Shown: positions 58,903 to 64,000 of the stretch, piece after piece
How the letters are laid out: each line of letters starts with the position of its first letter
Position numbering within the stretch: position 1 is the stretch's first letter
Origin: Malacoraja senta
Taxonomy: Eukaryota
Direction of reading: 5' to 3'
Length of the DNA: 64,000 nt
Assembly: GCA_038087875.1 (NCBI GenBank)
Contig: CM075995.1
Location: 3,164,001-3,228,000, forward strand
The notes under the pieces: model-generated
Databases searched by the model: none
What the model saw: only the letters and a program-made list of their open reading frames with translations
Told to the model about the DNA's origin: nothing
Program-made: the position numbers and the translations under genes

Positions 58903-60914
58903 TATGTTAATCATTTGGGTGGTATCAAGTCAGAATCTTGTGATAAATTGGCAAACGTGATCTGGACCTGATGTTTTACCAGAAACATTTGGTTTTCGGC
59001 AATCTACCTACCAGGTAGATTCAACATAGTTGCAGACACAAGGTCACGTAAATTCAATGACAATACAGAATGGGTGTTGATCGTGACAAATTTAATAAAA
59101 TTATTGCACGGTTGGGGATGCCAGAGATGTGTCAGGGGACCTGATCCTGGGGCAGTAGCGGTGGATGTTTCTCGCTGCATTGGGGTAGAATGTTTTGTAT
59201 GCATTTTCCTCCATTTTGCCTCATTAGTCAGTGTATACAGAAGATCAAAGAGGACTCCACTTCAGGAGTATTGGTGGTACCAGACTGGCCTACACAACCG
59301 TGGTACCCTTTGGTGTTAAAAATGATCACAAAGCCCTTATGATTATTCCCAAACAGGAAAACCTGTTTGTGCACCCTATAACTGACGATTCACATTTTAC
59401 ATGATCGTATTGGTTTGTTGGTTTGCAGATTCTAAGGAGGCCATATCTCGGAAGAGGACTATCAGATCATACTGTGGATGTTTGCGGCAGCCTGGAGGGA
59501 TAGTACCCAGAAGTAGTACATTTCTTACATAAGGAAATGGGAGGTGTTTTGCTTAAGGCAGAATATTACATATCACACTGCAGACATCTCAGACGTGTTA
59601 GAGTTTCTGTCAACTCTTTATTTTAATTTGCAGTTAAGCTATAGTGCGATCAATACTGCAAGGAGTGCCCTCTCTGCATAGCTATGGAGGGAATCAGAAC
59701 AAAATCCTGTAGGGTCACACCCTTTGGTGTGTAGATTTATGAAGGGGATTTTCAATTCTATACCTCCTAGACCGAGGTATACAGAAATCTGGAATGTAAG
59801 AGATATGCTAATGCGCCTTTGTCAATGGACTCCTATTGCAGCTCTTTTCCTTGAACAAAATTACCATGAAGATAGTCATGCTCAAGGCACTGGTTTCAGC
59901 ACAGAGAGTGCAAACATTGCAGAAACTACGAATAGACAGGATGAAAATAGCAGCAGATGCCATTACGTTCTATGTCTATGATTTGCTTAAACAGATTAGA
60001 CCTGGAGTCACAGGATATAAGTTGGGTTCAGCATATCCTACGGATCCACGTCTATGTGTAGTATCACATTTACGATGTTACATTGAAGCCACCAGAACCT
60101 TAAGAGGTGCAGAATGAGCATTCTTTATCAGCCATATAAAACCGCATAAGAAAGGGTCGGTTCAGACTAGTTCAAGATGGCTGAAGCAGGTGTTGGTTGA
60201 TGCAGGTATTGATACTGACAAATTTAAATCTCAATCCACCAGGGCGGCATCAACATCGGCAGCCAAGGATTTGAACGTTCCAATAGACCATATCCTCGCG
60301 GCCGCAGGATGGGCAAGTGAACGGATGTTTCATAAGTATTATCATAAGGAGATTATAGAACCTGAGTTATTTGGTGGTGCTGTTTTGGATTGAGTATTAG
60401 GTTCCCCCTTGTGATAAAGGGGTTAATATTGTTGTGATAAATTAACCATTAACTGATTGCATCTATGTTGTGGTTATGCATTGTTGAGTGCTTTACTCAT
60501 TTAGAGTCCATCAATGCAGTGAGACGCCTGGATTTGAATCTACGGCATGAAATCACAGAGCTTTGAAATCTTCACGCAGTCACTCACGTGACTCCGAAGT
60601 AAAATAGTAAGATTAAACGAGAACATACCAGTTTGAAGTTTGATCTTTATTTATGAGGAGTTACGATGAGGGACTACGTGCCCTCCGCTCCCAACCCTCA
60701 TAAAGCTCAAGCTGGTAGTTCTAGTCTTTACATATCTTACTATCATACTTCAGTAATTATTATCTGTGATTTCACACCGCTGCTTTAAAGATTGACGCGT
60801 GTGCGGCTGGCCGGGGTCTTCTTCACGTAGTCCCTCATCGTAACTCCTCATAAAATAAAGATCAAACTTCAAACTGGTAAGTTCTCGTTTAATCTTATTA
60901 TTATATCATGACTT

Positions 60915-61250
60915 TTTGAAACTCTTTGAATCACTTCCCTCTGGAAGGCGACTCCGGACTGTCAAGGCTGCCATAGCCAGACATAAAAGCAGCCTTTTTC
61001 CACGAGTAGTAGCTCTACTCAATAATCAAAAATCTGTAGCCTCCTTTTGCTCAGGTATTTTATTTAATTCACATGTTTGTCACATCAATAATGTTTTATT
61101 ATTAATGTTTAATGTTTAATGTTTTATGTGTCATTCCTAACTGTAACTGTATCTCATGTTGTCACTTGCGGGCGGAGCACCAAGGCAAATTCCTTGTATG
61201 TGAATAAATCTATTCATTCAGTCATCATTCATTCATTCATTCATTCATTC
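60915..61250 (+). mobile_element. Rex1/Babar-like LINE 3' end
   Basis: LFESLPSGRRLRTVKAAIARHKSSLFPRVVALLN; AATAAA and (ATTC)n tail. Confidence 0.7.
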
Positions 61251-62057
61251 AGCTGGCAAAAATTGGTAAGTGAATGCAAGAACTTGAGGGCAATTCCTCT
61301 TCTGTGAAAAGGTTTTAGTTTATTTTGGGATGGAACTGCAGATGCTGGTTGATACCGAAGATAGGCACACAGTTCTGGAGTAACTCAGCGGGTCAGGCAG
61401 CATCTCTGGAGAAAAAGGATGGGTGATGTTTTGTTTTGGAACCCTTCTTCAGGCTTAGTTTTGTTTAGTTTAGTGTCACTGTAGAGGCTACAGCCTGTAA
61501 TGCCCCATGTTTTAATAATAAATTCGATAAAACTAAACTGCCTCCATAGGTTAGGTGCTCTGTAGCCACCAGCCATAGTTAAAGTAATCAGATCAAAGTC
61601 TTTCAAGAATGAAGTTCTATGGAAAAAGGAAGGTAAATAGTTATAGAACTTTTCTGTAAATGGTAATTAATCATTGGTTAATTGCTAACTTAAATACCGA
61701 TATTAAACCAAAGATTTTAAGGGACGAGGTGAAAGTGGGTTTTGGAATTGGATTAAAAAATCTGTCAACATTTCATTTAATGGCAAACCAGGCTTAAGTG
61801 GGCAAATTATTTACTCCACCTCTTGTTTCAAAGTAAGTTCACATTTTGTGTCACACAATAATCTATTACTCCCACTGCTATATGTCAATGCCCTTTCTGT
61901 GTTCAAGACTGCATGTAGTCTGTGGTTAGATCCGATGATCTCCATCTCCATGGACAATGGATATTTATTGTCACATATGCAATTAAACATTACACAGTGA
62001 AATTCACAGTGAATTTTCCATATAATAATGCAGACGCCACCATGTGTGACGCCAATT

Positions 62058-62398
62058 AGCTTAGTTTAGAGATATAGAGGTCCACAGAGACCGTGCCGAC
62101 CGGCGATCCCCACACATTAACACTATCCCACACACACCAGGGGCAATTTTTTACATTTACCAAGCCAATTAACCTGCATACTTGTTATGTCTTTGGCGTG
62201 TGGGGGGGAAACTGAAACATAGAAACATAGAAACATAGAAATTAGGTGCAGGAGAAGATCTCGGAGAAAACCCACGCAGGCCACGGGGAGAACGTACAAA
62301 CTCCATACAGACAGCACCAGTAGTCGGGGATCGAACCCGAGTCTCCGGCGCTGCAAGCGCTGTAAGGCAGCAACTCTACCGCTGCGCCACCGTGCCGC
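62058..62398 (-). mobile_element. tRNA-derived SINE with a ~40-bp CR1 tail inserted
   Basis: SINE reverse complement interrupted by (GAAACATA)n...AGGTGCAGGAG at about 62213-62255. Confidence 0.85.
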
Positions 62399-62829
62399 AT
62401 TAAATTGAGTTCAGAGTCCGGATTCCCACGTGTTCATTCTATCGGAGCGACTCCCGATCCCCTCCGTCGCGCACGACCCTCTCGGTCCGCGAACCATCTC
62501 GACGACCATCTTGTGTCCCGGGGGCAATGTCCTACAGTCAAGGATCAAGAAGTGATAGTGTTACCATTGAATTATGAGTGACACCAACTTGTTTGCCTTT
62601 TACCAATCTGATGTAATGTCTCCTTATCCTAATTTCTCTGATCAGATAGAGTCATACAGAGCGGAAACAGGCTCTTTGGCCCAACCTTTCCACGCCGGCC
62701 AACATGTCCCATCTACACTAGTCCCACTTGCCTGTGTTTGGTCCATATCCCTCTAAACCTGTCCTATCCATGTACCTGTCCAATTGTTTTCTGAAACATC
62801 GTTTTAAACATTGGCGATGTTTAACATTG

Positions 62830-63072
62830 GCGAAGTAGAGTTGCTACTTTGCAGCGCAGAGACCCTGGGTTCAATCCTAACTACGGGTGCTGTTGGCACG
62901 GTGTTTGTACATTCTCCTCGTGACCTGCACGGGTTTTCTCTGAGAACTTTGGTTTCCCTCCCACACTCCAAAGACGTATAGGGTTGTAGGTTAATTGGTT
63001 TGGTATAAATGTAAAAATTGTCCCGAGCGGGCTAAAGGGCCTGTTTCCGCACAGTATCTCTAAACTAAACTA
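62830..63072 (+). mobile_element. tRNA-derived SINE, partial
   Basis: GTAGAGTTGCT...GGGTTCAATCC, V-domain, (CTAAA)n tail. Confidence 0.8.
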
Positions 63073-63157
63073 TACTCTTGCCTTTCCTTGTGATTCAGAC
63101 CTCTGACCATAAGCACCATCCTTACATTTCTAGATACTACCTCCAGGATGTACAGAG

Positions 63158-63553
63158 CGGAATGGTACCATTCGGCGCCGCCGTTTTGGCGCTGCCATTT
63201 GGGCGCCGCCGTTTCGGCGCCTCCGTTTCGGGGTGTTAGAGTTAGGGTCAGGGTATGGGTTTAGGGTATGGGTTAGGGTTAGGGTACCACAGCGGTGGGC
63301 CAGTGGAAACCAATTTCCAAACTTGTTAACATAAAGCTGATCTCACTTGCAATATCCTTGGCATAGGAACTTCTTGCAGAGGGTGATGAATCTCTGGAAT
63401 TCACTATCCCGGAGTATTGTGATGCATGGAACACTTTTATTTATATGGAGGTATTTACAGAGGTTAGGGTTAGGGTTATGAGTACAGATATAATAAACAG
63501 AGGCGCCGGAAACAGCGGCACCGGAACGGCAGCGCCTGAAACGTACCCGACCC
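63158..63553. mobile_element. Non-autonomous DNA transposon (MITE-like) with telomere-like internal repeats
   Basis: 8-bp TSD GTACAGAG (63150-63157 / 63554-63561); imperfect inverted ends built from ~15-bp TTCGGCGCCGCCGTT units; GGGTTA-like runs at about 63235-63285 and 63462-63478. Confidence 0.7.
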
Positions 63554-64000
63554 GTACAGAGAACTTGAACATTTCAGGTGACAAGACTAAAGCTAGTGTT
63601 GGACGAATACATCAGATCAGGCAACATCTATGGCGGAAATGGATGGACGATGTTTCAGGTCACGACCCTTCTTCAGACTGATAGTCGTAGGGGGAGAAAG
63701 CTGGAAAAGAGAGGTGGCAGCAGTACAAAGCCTGGCAGGTTTGTCTTGTCATTTGACAGGAGGAAGTGGATTCCTGCTCTCACTATTGCAGATGCTGCTT
63801 TAAACTGAAGATAGACATAAAATGCTGGAGCAACTCAGCGGGGCAGGCAGCATCTCTGGAGCGAAGGACTGGATGACATTTTGGGTTGAAAACTTTCTTC
63901 AGGCTGTGTGACTATTGTTCACTTTTGTGAGATGGTTTTAGGATTAGGTTTATTAATGTCACGTGTACCGAAGTACAGTGAAATTATTTATTTGCCTGCC

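Larger units (their letters stand above)
54431..60902 (+). mobile_element. DIRS-type retrotransposon with both termini, degenerate ORFs, interrupted by CR1
   Basis: Left end ATTTTACTTCGGAGCCACGTGAGTGACTGCGTGAAGA; ICR at about 60568-60680; right ITR to ...AATCTTATTATT; RT (CRIILDL, ASIDLQDAYY, YKALPNGLTSA), RNase H, methyltransferase and YR (FKSQSTRAASTS...AAGWASERMFHKYY) remnants. Confidence 0.93.

Overview
Repeat-saturated vertebrate genomic DNA, most likely a cartilaginous fish (skate/ray-type repeats; inferred, not searched). No intact host gene is recognisable. The window is a nested mosaic of: CR1/HER1-like LINEs (one near-full-length copy with an SGNH-esterase ORF1 and APE-RT ORF2), tRNA-derived HE1/V-SINE-like SINEs, Penelope-like elements (RT + GIY-YIG, minimal hammerhead motifs), two degenerate DIRS tyrosine-recombinase retrotransposons with ITR/ICR structure, Rex1/Babar-type fragments, GC-rich non-autonomous retroposons, a MITE, micro/minisatellites and a 200-N gap. 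Two observations stand out. (1) An endogenous-retrovirus-like unit (LTR, perfect tRNA-Ser PBS, env-TM-like remnant, PPT, truncated 3' LTR) whose gag-pol region is replaced by an intronless SNRNP40 cDNA fused in frame to the env-like remnant, i.e. apparent retroviral transduction of a spliceosomal gene. (2) Four short Ingi/Vingi-related retroposons from three sequence families whose 5' ends fold as CPEB3/HDV-like self-cleaving ribozymes, including a ~135-nt ribozyme-headed mini-retroposon. Coordinates of degenerate repeats are approximate, and all family assignments come from motif recognition, not database searches.
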